From Armatimonadota bacterium (GTDB taxonomy: Bacteria; Armatimonadota; Fimbriimonadia; Fimbriimonadales; GBS-DC): a stretch of 64,000 bases of DNA. Shown in pieces: positions 19,865-29,700 of this stretch (its first letter is position 1; every line of letters starts with the position of its first letter). Below the pieces are notes generated by a model. It made no database searches, was not told the DNA's origin, and saw nothing but the letters and a program-made list of their open reading frames with translations. The position numbers were made by a program, and so were the translations under genes. The stretch covers positions 1 through 64,000 of the forward strand of contig JBBIML010000009.1 of the NCBI GenBank assembly GCA_037444405.1. Direction: 5' to 3'.

Positions 19865-20155
19865 CTACTCCTCCACGATGCGGGGCACGATAAACAGCCC
19901 ATCGCGGGCTTGCGGGGCGTTGGCTAAGGCGTCCTCGCGCGGCAGCGGTGTGCCCGGCACATCCTCTCGAAAGGCGTTATAGACAGGGATCGAGTGCGAG
20001 GTCGGTTCCACTGTCTCGGTGGGCAGCGACTGCAGTCGCTCAAAGTGCGCCATCAGGGCGTTGATGTGCCCCATCAACTGTTGCAGTTTCTCATCGGGCA
20101 GTTCCAGTCGCGCCAGCTTCGCCACATGCCGCATCTGCTCAATCGTCAGCGCCAT
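19865..20155 (-). CDS. gatC: Asp/Glu-tRNA amidotransferase subunit C
   Basis: HVAKLARLEL...VEPTSH...FRED...NAP...FIVPRIV; directly upstream of gatA. Confidence 0.93.
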   Translation of the reverse strand: MALTIEQMRHVAKLARLELPDEKLQQLMGHINALMAHFERLQSLPTETVEPTSHSIPVYNAFREDVPGTPLPREDALANAPQARDGLFIVPRIVEE

Positions 20156-20176
20156 ACCCGCTCGCCTCCTGCGCAA

Positions 20177-20815
20177 TTATACCTGTTCCAGAAAGCCTGT
20201 GTAGTTGAGCAGGGCGACCCAGATGCGTCCGTCCACGCGCTCGATGATGGAGAGGGCGGCGTTGTCCAGTCGGATGCGTCGGTAGGTCTGGATGTCGCCC
20301 GCGAGCGCGTCGCAGAGCAGGATGCGCAGGCTGCCCCCGTGTCCCACCACAATCAGCTCGCCTTCCGTGTAGCGCTCATAAAGCATCTGGGCGAACTGCT
20401 GCACGCGATCCCAGAAGGCGGTCATCGGCTCCGCTTCGGGCGGCGTGCCGCCCAGCGGGTCATACAGATAGGTGAAATGGTGTTCGGGGTAGCGTTCGAT
20501 CACCTCGTCGCGGGTGAGCCCCTCCCATGCGCCCCAGTCGCGCTCGCGCAGGGCGGGCGTGAGGTGGAGGGGCGCGTTCAACCGTTCGGCAATCACCTGC
20601 GCGGTCTGGGCGGCGCGTTGCAGGTCGCTGCTGTAGACGGCGTGCAGCGACTGGCGATTGGCAATCCGCTGTGCCAGCCAGTGCGCCACGCGCTCCGCCT
20701 GCTGACAGCCGACCTCATCCAGCGGCACATCGGAATGACCCTGAATGCGCCCGATGTGGTTCCATGCCGTCTGCCCATGCCGCACCAGGTAGAGCCGCAG
20801 CATATTAGAAAGCAT
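20177..20815 (-). CDS. Histidine phosphatase (PGM/CobC-like)
   Basis: LVRHGQT, QGHSDVPL, SSDLQRA, ERDWGAWEG and VGHGG motifs. Confidence 0.9.
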   Translation of the reverse strand: MLSNMLRLYLVRHGQTAWNHIGRIQGHSDVPLDEVGCQQAERVAHWLAQRIANRQSLHAVYSSDLQRAAQTAQVIAERLNAPLHLTPALRERDWGAWEGLTRDEVIERYPEHHFTYLYDPLGGTPPEAEPMTAFWDRVQQFAQMLYERYTEGELIVVGHGGSLRILLCDALAGDIQTYRRIRLDNAALSIIERVDGRIWVALLNYTGFLEQV

Positions 20816-20832
20816 ACCCCCTGTGAAGAAAG

Positions 20833-20859
20833 CGGGAGCCAGCGGGGAACTGGCTCCCG
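20833..20859 (-). terminator. Intrinsic terminator downstream of nrdJ
   Basis: 10-bp stem CGGGAGCCAG/CTGGCTCCCG followed by CTTTCTT on the minus strand. Confidence 0.6.
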
Positions 20860-20893
20860 ATGAGTGAGGGTCTGGAGAGGGGGAGCAAAGCCC

Positions 20894-23776
20894 TTACCCA
20901 CAGCCGTAGGAGGAGCCGCAGTTCAGGCACTGATGGCACGCGCCCGCGCGCACCATAATCATTCCGCAAACAGGGCAGGGTGGCGCATCCTGCTGCAGTT
21001 TCACCAGTTGCGACCAGTCCATGGTCTCACCCTGCCCTGCGGGTGCAGGAACCGTCTCCTTCGCGCCGGCTACGCCGATTGCCTCGGGCGGCTCGCTCGC
21101 CTGCGCGACCGGCTGCTCCTCCAGCGACGATTCGAGCGGCTGCTTCTGCTGCGGCTGCTGGTTCAGGAACTTCAGCGCCAGCCAGCGGAAGATGTAGTCC
21201 ACGATGGAGGTGGCGACGGGTATCTGCGGGTTATTCGTGAAGCCGCTGGGCTGGAAGCGCGTGTAGGAGAACTTCTCCACCAGCTTCTCCAGCGGCACGC
21301 CGTACTGCAATGCAAGCGAGATGGCGGTCGCGAAGGCGTCCATCAAGCCGGAGATGACTGAGCCTTCCTTCGCCATCGTGATGAAGATTTCGCCGGGCGT
21401 GCCGTCTTCGTACATGCCGACAGTGATGTAGCCTTCGTGCCCCGCGATGCTGAACTTGTGGGTGATGCTTTTGCGTTCGTCGGGCAGGTGGCGTCGGATG
21501 GGGCGCCCGGTGGTGGCGGGGAGCGGCGCCTCCTCGTCGGTCGGCTTCTTCGTGGAGAGCGGCTGGGTGCGCTTGCTGCCGTCCCGATAGATGGCGATTG
21601 CCTTCAAGCCGAGCTTCCACGCCTGCATGTAGATGTTCTCGATGTCTTCGGGCGTGGCGTCGCTGGGCATGTTCACCGTCTTGCTGATAGCCCCGCTTAA
21701 GAATGGCTGCACCGCCGCCATCATCTTCACATGCGCCATCGGGGCGAGACTGCGCGTGCCCCTGGCGGGGCGGAAGGCGCAGTCGAACACGGGCAGATGC
21801 TCCTCTTTCAGGTAGGGTGCGCCCTCGATGGTGTCATGCTCATCGATGTAGCGCGTGATGGCTTCGATCTGCTCGGGCGAATAGCCCAGCTGCTGGAGCG
21901 CAAGCGGCACCGTCGTGTTCACCATCTTCAGCAGCCCGCCGCCGACCAGCGTCTTGTATTTCACCAGCGCAATATCGGGTTCGATGCCTGTCGTGTCGCA
22001 GTCCATCATAAAGGAAATAGTCCCGGTAGGAGCTAATACTGTCACCTGTGCATTCCGATAGCCGTACTGCTCGCCCAGTTGCAGCATTTCGTCGTAGATG
22101 GCGCGCGCCGCCTTCATGAGATAGTCGGGCACATACTGGGCTTGAATCTGGTTGAGCGCGTCGGCATGCATGCGCATCACTTCCAGCATCGGCTCGCGAT
22201 TGAGCGCGAAGCCAGGGAACGGTGCACCGCAGTCGCGCGCGATGATTGCCGACTGACGGTATGCCTCGCCGTGCATGATGGCGGTGATAATGGCTGCGTA
22301 GGCGCGCCCCGCATCGCTGTCGTAGGGCAAGCCAAGCGACATCAGCAGCGCACCCAAATTCGCATAGCCCAGCCCCAGCGGGCGGAAGTTGTGGCTGTTG
22401 TCGGCGATGCGCTCGGTCGGATATGCCGAGTTGTCCACAATAATCTCCTGTGCGGTAATCATAATCCGCACCGCCGCGCGGAACGCCTCCACATCAAAGC
22501 TGCCATCCGGCAGGCGAAACTTCATCAAGTTCAGGCTCGCCAGATTGCAGGATGTGTCGTTAAGAAAGACAAATTCTGAACACGGGTTGCTGGCTTCGAT
22601 GGGACCGCTGTTTTTGACGGTGTGCCAGCGGTTGGTGGTGTCGTGGAACTGCAGACCGGGGTCGCCGCACACCCATGCGGCTTCGGCGATTTTGCGGAAC
22701 AGTTCGCGTGCTTTGTAGCGTCCCATCACCTCGCCGGTCGTGCGCGCGTAGGTACACCATTCGCGATCCTCTTCTACCGCTCGCATGAACTCATCCGTCA
22801 CGCGCACGCTGTGATTGGCGTTCTGGAAGAAGACCGAATCGTACGCGCCGCCTGGCGTATCGAAGCCCGGATCGTAGCCCTGCTCGATGAGCGCCCATGC
22901 CTTCTTTTCCTCGTTGGCTTTGCACTCGATGAAGTCCACGATGTCGGGGTGGTCGATGTTCAGCACCACCATTTTGGCGGCGCGGCGGGTTTTGCCGCCC
23001 GATTTGATGACGCCGGCGAAGGCGTCGAATCCGCGCATGAAGGAGACGGGACCCGACGCGCGTCCACCGCCCGACAGATACTCTCTGGAGCCACGAATGC
23101 GCGACAGGTTCGAACCCGAGCCAGAACCGAACTTGAAGATCATGCCCTCCGTTTTCGCCAGGTCGAGAATCGATTCCATCGTATCCTCGACGGAGACGAT
23201 AAAACACGCTGAGCACTGGGCGCGTGGCTCGATTCCGACATTGAACCAGACGGGGCTGTTGAAGGCGGCGTACTGGTGCAGGAGGAGATATTTCAGTTCG
23301 TCGCGGAAGGCGTCGGCATCGGCGTCGGAGGCGAAGTAGCCCATTTCGCGTCCCCAGCGCGTGAGGGTGTCCACCACGCGCCCAATCACCTGCCGAACGC
23401 TCTGCTCGCGCTCGGGTGTGCCGACCTGCCCGCGAAAATATTTGGACGCCACCACATTGGTCGCCAGTTGCGACCAGAAGGCGGGCACCTCCACATCTTT
23501 CTGCTCGAACACGACCTCGCCGCGCTCGCCCGTGATCACGGCGGTGCGCCGCTCCCACTCAACCGTATCGAAGGGGTCAACACCAGCCTGCGTGAAGTAG
23601 CGTTCGATGCGCAGTCCTTTGCCCGTGTTGATGTTATCGAACTTCTCGCGCGGGATGAAGCCGTAGCGTCGCTCCACGCGCACGCCATCGGTGCGAACAG
23701 CCGCCTGGGCGGCGGGGGTCTCTACCGCGCCGTTTGTCTCTGATAGTTCCAGCAAGCCCTCATTCGGTTCCAACAT
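20894..23776 (-). CDS. nrdJ: Vitamin B12-dependent (class II) ribonucleotide reductase with TSCPD and Zn-ribbon C-terminus
   Basis: FNSPVWFN, CSACF, SNPCSE, SCNLASLN, APTGT and AIYRDGSK motifs; CxxC...CxxC tail; RBS favours the ATG at 23776. Confidence 0.96.
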   Translation of the reverse strand: MLEPNEGLLELSETNGAVETPAAQAAVRTDGVRVERRYGFIPREKFDNINTGKGLRIERYFTQAGVDPFDTVEWERRTAVITGERGEVVFEQKDVEVPAFWSQLATNVVASKYFRGQVGTPEREQSVRQVIGRVVDTLTRWGREMGYFASDADADAFRDELKYLLLHQYAAFNSPVWFNVGIEPRAQCSACFIVSVEDTMESILDLAKTEGMIFKFGSGSGSNLSRIRGSREYLSGGGRASGPVSFMRGFDAFAGVIKSGGKTRRAAKMVVLNIDHPDIVDFIECKANEEKKAWALIEQGYDPGFDTPGGAYDSVFFQNANHSVRVTDEFMRAVEEDREWCTYARTTGEVMGRYKARELFRKIAEAAWVCGDPGLQFHDTTNRWHTVKNSGPIEASNPCSEFVFLNDTSCNLASLNLMKFRLPDGSFDVEAFRAAVRIMITAQEIIVDNSAYPTERIADNSHNFRPLGLGYANLGALLMSLGLPYDSDAGRAYAAIITAIMHGEAYRQSAIIARDCGAPFPGFALNREPMLEVMRMHADALNQIQAQYVPDYLMKAARAIYDEMLQLGEQYGYRNAQVTVLAPTGTISFMMDCDTTGIEPDIALVKYKTLVGGGLLKMVNTTVPLALQQLGYSPEQIEAITRYIDEHDTIEGAPYLKEEHLPVFDCAFRPARGTRSLAPMAHVKMMAAVQPFLSGAISKTVNMPSDATPEDIENIYMQAWKLGLKAIAIYRDGSKRTQPLSTKKPTDEEAPLPATTGRPIRRHLPDERKSITHKFSIAGHEGYITVGMYEDGTPGEIFITMAKEGSVISGLMDAFATAISLALQYGVPLEKLVEKFSYTRFQPSGFTNNPQIPVATSIVDYIFRWLALKFLNQQPQQKQPLESSLEEQPVAQASEPPEAIGVAGAKETVPAPAGQGETMDWSQLVKLQQDAPPCPVCGMIMVRAGACHQCLNCGSSYGCG

Positions 23777-23800
23777 AGCCAACCTCCTGACAAAAAGGGT

Positions 23801-24280
23801 TCAACGGCTTCGGGACTGACGCGCTTTTTGCATGCGCATCAGCATCTGCACGACCCGATTGAACTGCTGTGGGTCCTGAAACTCCTCATAGACGGAGGCG
23901 AAGCGCACATAGGCGACAGGGTCTATCTCCAGCAGTTTTTGCATAACCATGCGCCCGATCTCCACCGAGCTGATCTCGGTCTCAGCGCGGTTATGAATCT
24001 CCTGCTCGATTTCGTCGACGGCTTTTTCCAGCACCTCCATACTGATGGGTCGTTTGCGGCAGGCGATGACCATGCCCTGCAGGACCTTATTGCGGTCGAA
24101 CGGTTCACGCCGCCCATCTTTTTTGATGACCATCAGCGGGCGTTCCTCATAGCGTTCGAAGGTGGTGAACCGCCGTCCACACTGGAGGCACTCGCGCCGT
24201 CGTCGGATGGCTTTGCCTTCCTGTGTGGGGCGCGAGTCCACCACATGGTCTTCCTCACTGCCGCAGTACGGGCACCGCAT
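23801..24280 (-). CDS. nrdR: Transcriptional repressor NrdR
   Basis: MRCPYC...RRRRECLQCGRRFTTFE, ATP cone, VAYVRFASVY. Confidence 0.97.
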   Translation of the reverse strand: MRCPYCGSEEDHVVDSRPTQEGKAIRRRRECLQCGRRFTTFERYEERPLMVIKKDGRREPFDRNKVLQGMVIACRKRPISMEVLEKAVDEIEQEIHNRAETEISSVEIGRMVMQKLLEIDPVAYVRFASVYEEFQDPQQFNRVVQMLMRMQKARQSRSR

Positions 24281-24297
24281 TGTTCACCTCGCCTCAA

Positions 24298-24344
24298 TAG
24301 CCACATATGCGGGGTTATTACTCGTTATCCCCAAGATGTTGTGG
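24298..24344. promoter_or_regulatory. Tandem NrdR boxes
   Basis: CCCCAAGATGTTGTGG (24329-24344) fits acaCwAtATaTwGtg; a weaker box TAGCCACATATGCGGG (24298-24313) lies 31 bp away. Confidence 0.75.
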
Positions 24345-24353
24345 CTGCCCTCT

Positions 24354-24383
24354 ATTATAGCACATCGGATGCGCGTTTGTCAA
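24354..24383 (-). promoter_or_regulatory. Consensus sigma70 promoter of nrdR-nrdJ
   Basis: TTGACA-N18-TATAAT on the minus strand. Confidence 0.85.
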
Positions 24384-24502
24384 GGGGGGTGGGGTTTTTT
24401 GGGGGGTTCTGGCAGGGGTATGTGGCGCCGGATAGGGCAGATAGTGTGTCCGGAGAGGGCGATGCCTTTTGGGAATGGTATCGATGTGCTGGCGCGAACC
24501 CC

Positions 24503-24533
24503 TTGACAAGCCCGCTCCGGTATAGGGTATATT
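24503..24533 (+). promoter_or_regulatory. Probable tRNA promoter
   Basis: TTGACA at 24503 and TATATT at 24528; the 19-nt spacer is long. Confidence 0.5.
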
Positions 24534-24545
24534 AAAGGCGGTTGT

Positions 24546-24632
24546 GCGGGCGTGGTGGAATTGGTAGACACGCTAGATTCAGGTTCTAGTGGGCGTTCGC
24601 CCGTGGGGGTTCGAGTCCCTCCGCCCGCACCA
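24546..24632 (+). tRNA. tRNA-Leu(CAG)
   Basis: GCGGGCG/CGCCCGC acceptor stem, CTAGA-TTCAGGT-TCTAG anticodon arm, long variable arm, GTTCGAG T-loop, encoded CCA. Confidence 0.97.
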
Positions 24633-24636
24633 TTCT

Positions 24637-24713
24637 GGCGGCGTAGCTCAGTTGGTGAGAGCGACCGGCTCATACCCGGTAGGTCGGCGGTTCGAATCCG
24701 CCCGCCGCTACCA
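24637..24713 (+). tRNA. tRNA-Met(CAT), probably elongator
   Basis: ACCGG-CTCATAC-CCGGT arm; G1:U72 pair; lacks the initiator 3 G-C run; encoded CCA. Confidence 0.93.
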
Positions 24714-24800
24714 GCCCCTCTCTGAACGCGCTCGCTACCGATTTGCTCCTTTCTTAGCGCCCCGGTGGGTCAAAAATTGCTCCTTACACCCTGTCCATCA

Positions 24801-24827
24801 GCAGGAGATGGGCAGGCAGGCGCGAAT
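24801..24827 (+). promoter_or_regulatory. Sigma-H-like promoter of the liv operon
   Basis: GCAGGA-N16-CGAAT. Confidence 0.55.
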
Positions 24828-24854
24828 CGGAAGGGCACAGGAGGATAGCAAGCG

Positions 24855-26141
24855 ATGACATGGCGCAAATGGCTCTTATGGCTGATGACGATAATCGTGA
24901 CGCTGAGCGCCTGCACCAGCCGCCCTGGTGGCTCTACTGGAGGCGTAGCAGGCGGTGCAGGGACGGTGAACCCCGCCGCACGGCTGGCGAAACGCAACGC
25001 GGCGAAGGTGGAGCAGTCCGCGCCCGAACCCGACCAGAATCGAATCGTGATCGGCGTCTATGCCGACCTCACGGGCGATAACTCCACCTTCGGGGAGGAG
25101 ACGCGCAACGGCGTCACGCTGGCAGTGGAGGAGGTCAATCGTGCGGGCGGCGTGCTGGGCAAGCAAGTGATTGTTCGGTTCGAAGACACCCGCTCCGACC
25201 CCCAGCAGGCACGCAATGTGGTTACCAAGCTCATTCAGCAGGAGCGCGTGTTAGCTGTTATTGGCGAGGTTGCCAGCACCATGAGCCTGGCAGGCGGACC
25301 CATCTGCCAGAAGTACGGCGTGCCGATGATCTCGCCCTCATCCACCAACCCCGCCGTGACCGATCAGGGCAACTACATCTTCCGCGTGTGCTTCATCGAC
25401 CCGTTTCAGGGCTATGTGATGGCGAAGTTCCTTGCCGAACATCTGAAGGTCAAGCGGGTCGCCATTCTGTACGACAACTCCAGCGACTACAGCAAGGGGC
25501 TGGCAGAGTTCTTTCAGCAGAGCTTCCGCAAGATGGGCGGCGAGATCACCGATGTGCTGAGCTACAAGCCGCAGGACACCGACTTCCGCTCGCAATTGAC
25601 CACCATTCGAGCGAAGAACCCTGAAGCCATCTATATTCCGGGCTATTATAAGTCGGTGGGGCTGATTGCGCGTCAGGCGCGGGAGCTGGGCATTAAGGTG
25701 CCGCTGGCGGGGGGCGACGGCTGGAGTTCGCCGAAGCTGGTGGAAGGCGCGGGCGGTCCCGGCAAAGCCATCGAAGGCTGCTACTTCAGTGACCATTATG
25801 CACCCGACGACCCCGCGCCGCAGATTCAGGAGTTTGTGAAGAAGTATCGCCAGCGGTTCGGGCAGACACCGGGCGGGCTGGCAGCGCTGGCGTATGACGC
25901 CGCGCGTGTGCTGTTTGCCGCCATCGAAAAAACGGGCAAACTCGATCGCGCTGCTATCCGCGACGCGATTGCCAATACCAGAAACTTCCCCGGCGTCACA
26001 GGCGTGATCACCATCAACGAGTTCGGCGACGCGGACAAGTCGGCGGTCGTACTGCAGGTGAGAGGCAACCGATTCGTGTTCGTCACCCGCATCACGCCCG
26101 AAACCGCCACCACTGCTGCGAGCGCGCGACAGGTAAAATAG
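24855..26141 (+). CDS. livK: Branched-chain amino acid ABC substrate-binding lipoprotein
   Basis: Lipobox LSAC; type 1 periplasmic-binding fold; FRVCFIDPFQG. Confidence 0.9.
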   Translation: MTWRKWLLWLMTIIVTLSACTSRPGGSTGGVAGGAGTVNPAARLAKRNAAKVEQSAPEPDQNRIVIGVYADLTGDNSTFGEETRNGVTLAVEEVNRAGGVLGKQVIVRFEDTRSDPQQARNVVTKLIQQERVLAVIGEVASTMSLAGGPICQKYGVPMISPSSTNPAVTDQGNYIFRVCFIDPFQGYVMAKFLAEHLKVKRVAILYDNSSDYSKGLAEFFQQSFRKMGGEITDVLSYKPQDTDFRSQLTTIRAKNPEAIYIPGYYKSVGLIARQARELGIKVPLAGGDGWSSPKLVEGAGGPGKAIEGCYFSDHYAPDDPAPQIQEFVKKYRQRFGQTPGGLAALAYDAARVLFAAIEKTGKLDRAAIRDAIANTRNFPGVTGVITINEFGDADKSAVVLQVRGNRFVFVTRITPETATTAASARQVK

Positions 26142-26156
26142 AAGCCTGGCTATACG

Positions 26157-27068
26157 ATGGAACTGTCGACGCTCGCACAGCAGCTGGTGAATGGCGTTCA
26201 GAGCGGTGCGATCTATGCGCTGATTGCCGTCGGCTACACGATGGTCTACGGCATTCTGCGCATGATCAATTTTGCGCACGGCGAGGTTTATATGGTGGGC
26301 GCGCTGGTCGCCTGGCTGGGCACCTCACGCGACTGGTACGGCGTGGTGTCGCACTCCAGCACGGGCGGGCTGGTGCTGCTGATTGCGACGGCGATGCTGG
26401 TTTGCATGACGCTGGGCGTGCTGATCGAACGCCTGGCTTATCGCCCTCTGCGCCACGCGCCGCGCCTGATCGTGCTGATCACCGCGATCGGGGTGTCGTT
26501 CCTGCTGCAGAACCTCGCGCTGATTTTATTCGGTGCTGATCCCAAGACGGTGCCGCTCACCTGGCGCACGGTGCAGCTGGGTGGCATCAGCATCAGTCTG
26601 GGGCAGCTGGTGCTGTTGATTGCCTCACTCTCGTTTATGGCGGGTCTGCAGCTGCTGGTGAAGCGCACGCAGTTTGGGCGGGCGATGCGCGCGGTGTCGG
26701 AAGATTTTCAGACGGCAGCGCTGATGGGCGTGCCGTACGATCGGGTGATTGTCGGCACCTTTGCGATTGGGGCGGCGCTGGCGGGCGCGGGCGGCGCGAT
26801 GACCGCCATCTTCGTGGGTGCGCCTGTCACACCCACCTTCGGCTTTATGCCTGGTGTTAAAGCGTTCGTGTCGGCGGTGCTGGGCGGCATCGGGAACATT
26901 CCGGGCGCGGTGCTGGGTGGGCTTCTGCTGGGCGTGATTGAGGCACTGGTGGGCGGTAATCCGACGCTCAGCCCGTTCCGCGATGCCGTCGCCTTCTGCT
27001 TGCTGATTGCGGTGCTGCTGTTCCGACCGGCAGGGCTGTTGGGGCGTGCGGTTCAGGAGAAGGTGTGA
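26157..27068 (+). CDS. livH: Branched-chain amino acid ABC permease
   Basis: YALIAVGYTMVYGILRMINFAHGE; VLGGIGNIPGA. Confidence 0.93.
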   Translation: MELSTLAQQLVNGVQSGAIYALIAVGYTMVYGILRMINFAHGEVYMVGALVAWLGTSRDWYGVVSHSSTGGLVLLIATAMLVCMTLGVLIERLAYRPLRHAPRLIVLITAIGVSFLLQNLALILFGADPKTVPLTWRTVQLGGISISLGQLVLLIASLSFMAGLQLLVKRTQFGRAMRAVSEDFQTAALMGVPYDRVIVGTFAIGAALAGAGGAMTAIFVGAPVTPTFGFMPGVKAFVSAVLGGIGNIPGAVLGGLLLGVIEALVGGNPTLSPFRDAVAFCLLIAVLLFRPAGLLGRAVQEKV

Positions 27069-27069
27069 G

Positions 27070-28218
27070 ATGGTGCGGCAGGCTCTCTGGTGTGGGGTTG
27101 CGATTGTCATCTGCTGGGCGCTGGATCGCCTGCTGCAGGCGGCGGTCTACGGGCAATGGTTCGGCTGGCTCACCGACTACACCTATCGCGCGTTTATTCT
27201 GGTGCCGTTGCTGTTCATCACGCTGGCGGTGAGCCTCAATTTGATTAATGGCATCACGGGTCAGTTCTCGCTGGGGCACGCGGGCTTCTTTGCGGTGGGC
27301 GCGTATCTTTCGGCGGGCTTCTCGGTTTATTTTGCGTCGGGCTGGCTGGCGCAGGTGCCGCCCGCGTGGCAGGGTGCGGCGCAGTTCGGCTTGCTGCTGA
27401 TGGCGGCGCTGATTGGTGCGGGCGCGGCAGCGCTGTTCGGCTTGATTGTGGGCATTCCAACATTGCGCCTGCGGGGGGACTATCTGGCGATTGCCACGCT
27501 TGGATTCGGCGAGATTGTGCGCGTGCTGTTTGAGAACCTGGATGTGTTTGGCGCCCAGCGCGGCTTCACGGGCATCCCGACATGGGTGGGCTTCGGGTTT
27601 TTCTGGTACGCGCTGCTGGCGATGGGCTGTATCGCCGTCTCGCGCAACCTGCTCAAAAGCACGCACGGGCTGGCATTCCTCTCGGTGCGCGAGGACGAAA
27701 CTGCCGCCGAAGCGATGGGAGTGTCCACCACTTATTACAAGGTGGCTGCCTTCGTGATTGGCGCGATGTTTGCGGGCATGGCGGGCGCACTGCTGGCTCA
27801 TCGTGAAGGCTCGATCTATCCTGTCGATTTCAAGCTGGACATCTCGATTATTGTGGTGACGATGGTGGTGCTGGGCGGTCAGGGCAGCATCACGGGTTCG
27901 GTGCTGGCGGGCGCGGGGCTGAAGATGCTGGAGGAGCTGTTGCGCCTGCTGCCTGTGGTCACGCTGTTCGGGCGCGAGTTCCAGCCGAGCGATTTCCGCA
28001 TGCTGGCGTTCGCGCTGGTGCTGATCCTCACGATGATTTTCCGTCCGCAGGGTCTGCTGGGTCATCGGGAGCTGAGCTGGGCGACCCTGCGCCGCTGGCT
28101 GTCGCGTTCACCGAAGCGGGCGAGCGTGCCGCCTGCTGAAACCGTATGGACTGCGGAAGCGGAGCTTCCGCCCCCCACCTCTATCAGCAGCGAAGGGGAG
28201 CAGATGAAACAGCCATGA
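27070..28218 (+). CDS. livM: Branched-chain amino acid ABC permease
   Basis: GQFSLGHAGF; LRLRGDYLAIATLGFGEI. Confidence 0.93.
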   Translation: MVRQALWCGVAIVICWALDRLLQAAVYGQWFGWLTDYTYRAFILVPLLFITLAVSLNLINGITGQFSLGHAGFFAVGAYLSAGFSVYFASGWLAQVPPAWQGAAQFGLLLMAALIGAGAAALFGLIVGIPTLRLRGDYLAIATLGFGEIVRVLFENLDVFGAQRGFTGIPTWVGFGFFWYALLAMGCIAVSRNLLKSTHGLAFLSVREDETAAEAMGVSTTYYKVAAFVIGAMFAGMAGALLAHREGSIYPVDFKLDISIIVVTMVVLGGQGSITGSVLAGAGLKMLEELLRLLPVVTLFGREFQPSDFRMLAFALVLILTMIFRPQGLLGHRELSWATLRRWLSRSPKRASVPPAETVWTAEAELPPPTSISSEGEQMKQP

Positions 28219-28985
28219 AGACGCCGCTACTCCAGCTGCAACAGGTAACGATGCGTTTCGGAGGGCTGATCGCCGTGCGCAGCCTCTCGCTCGAAGTGTA
28301 TTCGGGCGAGCTGGTGGGGCTGATCGGTCCCAACGGCGCGGGCAAGACCACCGTGTTCAATGTGATTACGGGCATCTATCGCCCGACGGAGGGCGACATC
28401 CGCTTTCAGGGTCGCTCGCTGGTGGGGCTAAAACCGCATCAGATCACGCGGCTGGGCATCGCCCGCACCTTCCAGAACATTCGGCTCTTTCGCGGGCTGA
28501 CTGTGCTGGAGAATGTGCGCATCGGCGCGTTCGTGCGCCATCGCACGCGCCTGTGGCAGGCGGCGCTGCGCTTCAAAGCGGTGGAAAAAGAGGACTCCGA
28601 GCTGGAGGCGCGCGCCCGCCACTGGCTGAAGGTGCTGGAGCTGAGCGAGGTCGCCGATGTGCGCGCCTCCGCGCTGCCCTACGGACTGCAGCGCCGCGTG
28701 GAAATCGCCCGCGCACTCGCCACCCAACCCCAGCTGATCCTGCTGGACGAACCCGCCGCGGGCATGAACCCGAACGAGAGCGAGGAATTGATGCACCTGA
28801 TTCGTCGCCTGCGCGACGAGTTCGGCGTCACCATCCTGCTGATTGAACACGACATGCGCGTGGTGATGGGCATCTGCGAGCGCGTGCTGGTGCTGGACTA
28901 CGGCGAGCTAATCGCCGAGGGTCCGCCCGAAGCGATTCGCAACGACCCGCGCGTGATCGAAGCCTATCTGGGGGAACCTGTATGA
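28215..28985 (+). CDS. livG: Branched-chain amino acid ABC ATPase
   Basis: GPNGAGKTT, ARTFQNIRLF, LPYGLQR, LLDEPAAG, VIEAYLG. Confidence 0.95.
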   Translation: MKTPLLQLQQVTMRFGGLIAVRSLSLEVYSGELVGLIGPNGAGKTTVFNVITGIYRPTEGDIRFQGRSLVGLKPHQITRLGIARTFQNIRLFRGLTVLENVRIGAFVRHRTRLWQAALRFKAVEKEDSELEARARHWLKVLELSEVADVRASALPYGLQRRVEIARALATQPQLILLDEPAAGMNPNESEELMHLIRRLRDEFGVTILLIEHDMRVVMGICERVLVLDYGELIAEGPPEAIRNDPRVIEAYLGEPV

Positions 28986-29695
28986 GCGAGACGATTCTGG
29001 AAGTGCGCGACCTGCATGTGGCGTATGGGGCGATTCAGGCGTTGAAGGGCGTGTCGCTCACCGTTCAGCGCGGCGAGATCACCACGATTATCGGGGCAAA
29101 CGGCGCAGGCAAAAGCACGCTGCTGCGGGCAATCTCCGCGCTGGTGCGCCCGACGCGGGGTACCATCCGCTTCGAAAATAGCGACATCACGCGCCTGCCA
29201 CCGCACCGCATCGTACAGATGGGCATCATCCATGTGCCAGAGGGGCGGCGCATCTTCGCCGAGATGAGCGTGTACGAGAATCTGCTACTGGGCGCGTATA
29301 GCCAGTGGGGACGCGACCTGGACGAGCGGCTGGAGCGCGTGTTCGCCATCTTCCCGCGCCTCAAGGAGCGGCTCAATCAGCGGGCAGGCACGCTTTCAGG
29401 CGGCGAGCAGCAGATGCTGGCGATTGGACGCGCCTTAATGGCACGACCCCGCCTGCTGATGCTGGATGAACCCTCGCTGGGGCTGGCGCCTTTCCTGGTG
29501 CGTGAAATCTTTCAGGTTATCCGTCAGATCAACCAGCAGGGCGTGCCGATCCTGCTGGTGGAGCAGAACGCGCACATGGCGCTGGAGATTGCCCATCGGG
29601 GCTATGTGCTGGAGACGGGGCGCGTGGTGCTGACCGACACGGCGGCGAACCTGCTGCGCAACCCTGCCGTGCGCGAAGCCTACCTCGGCGGCTGA
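28982..29695 (+). CDS. livF: Branched-chain amino acid ABC ATPase
   Basis: GANGAGKST, VPEGRRIF, LSGGEQQML, LDEPSLGLAP. Confidence 0.95.
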   Translation: MSETILEVRDLHVAYGAIQALKGVSLTVQRGEITTIIGANGAGKSTLLRAISALVRPTRGTIRFENSDITRLPPHRIVQMGIIHVPEGRRIFAEMSVYENLLLGAYSQWGRDLDERLERVFAIFPRLKERLNQRAGTLSGGEQQMLAIGRALMARPRLLMLDEPSLGLAPFLVREIFQVIRQINQQGVPILLVEQNAHMALEIAHRGYVLETGRVVLTDTAANLLRNPAVREAYLGG

Positions 29696-29700
29696 TGCGC

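Noticed and set aside
20894..23776. Intein or intron in nrdJ; cobalamin riboswitch upstream
   Set aside because: Motifs are continuous with no splice or LAGLIDADG signatures; the upstream space is occupied by nrdR and a short leader
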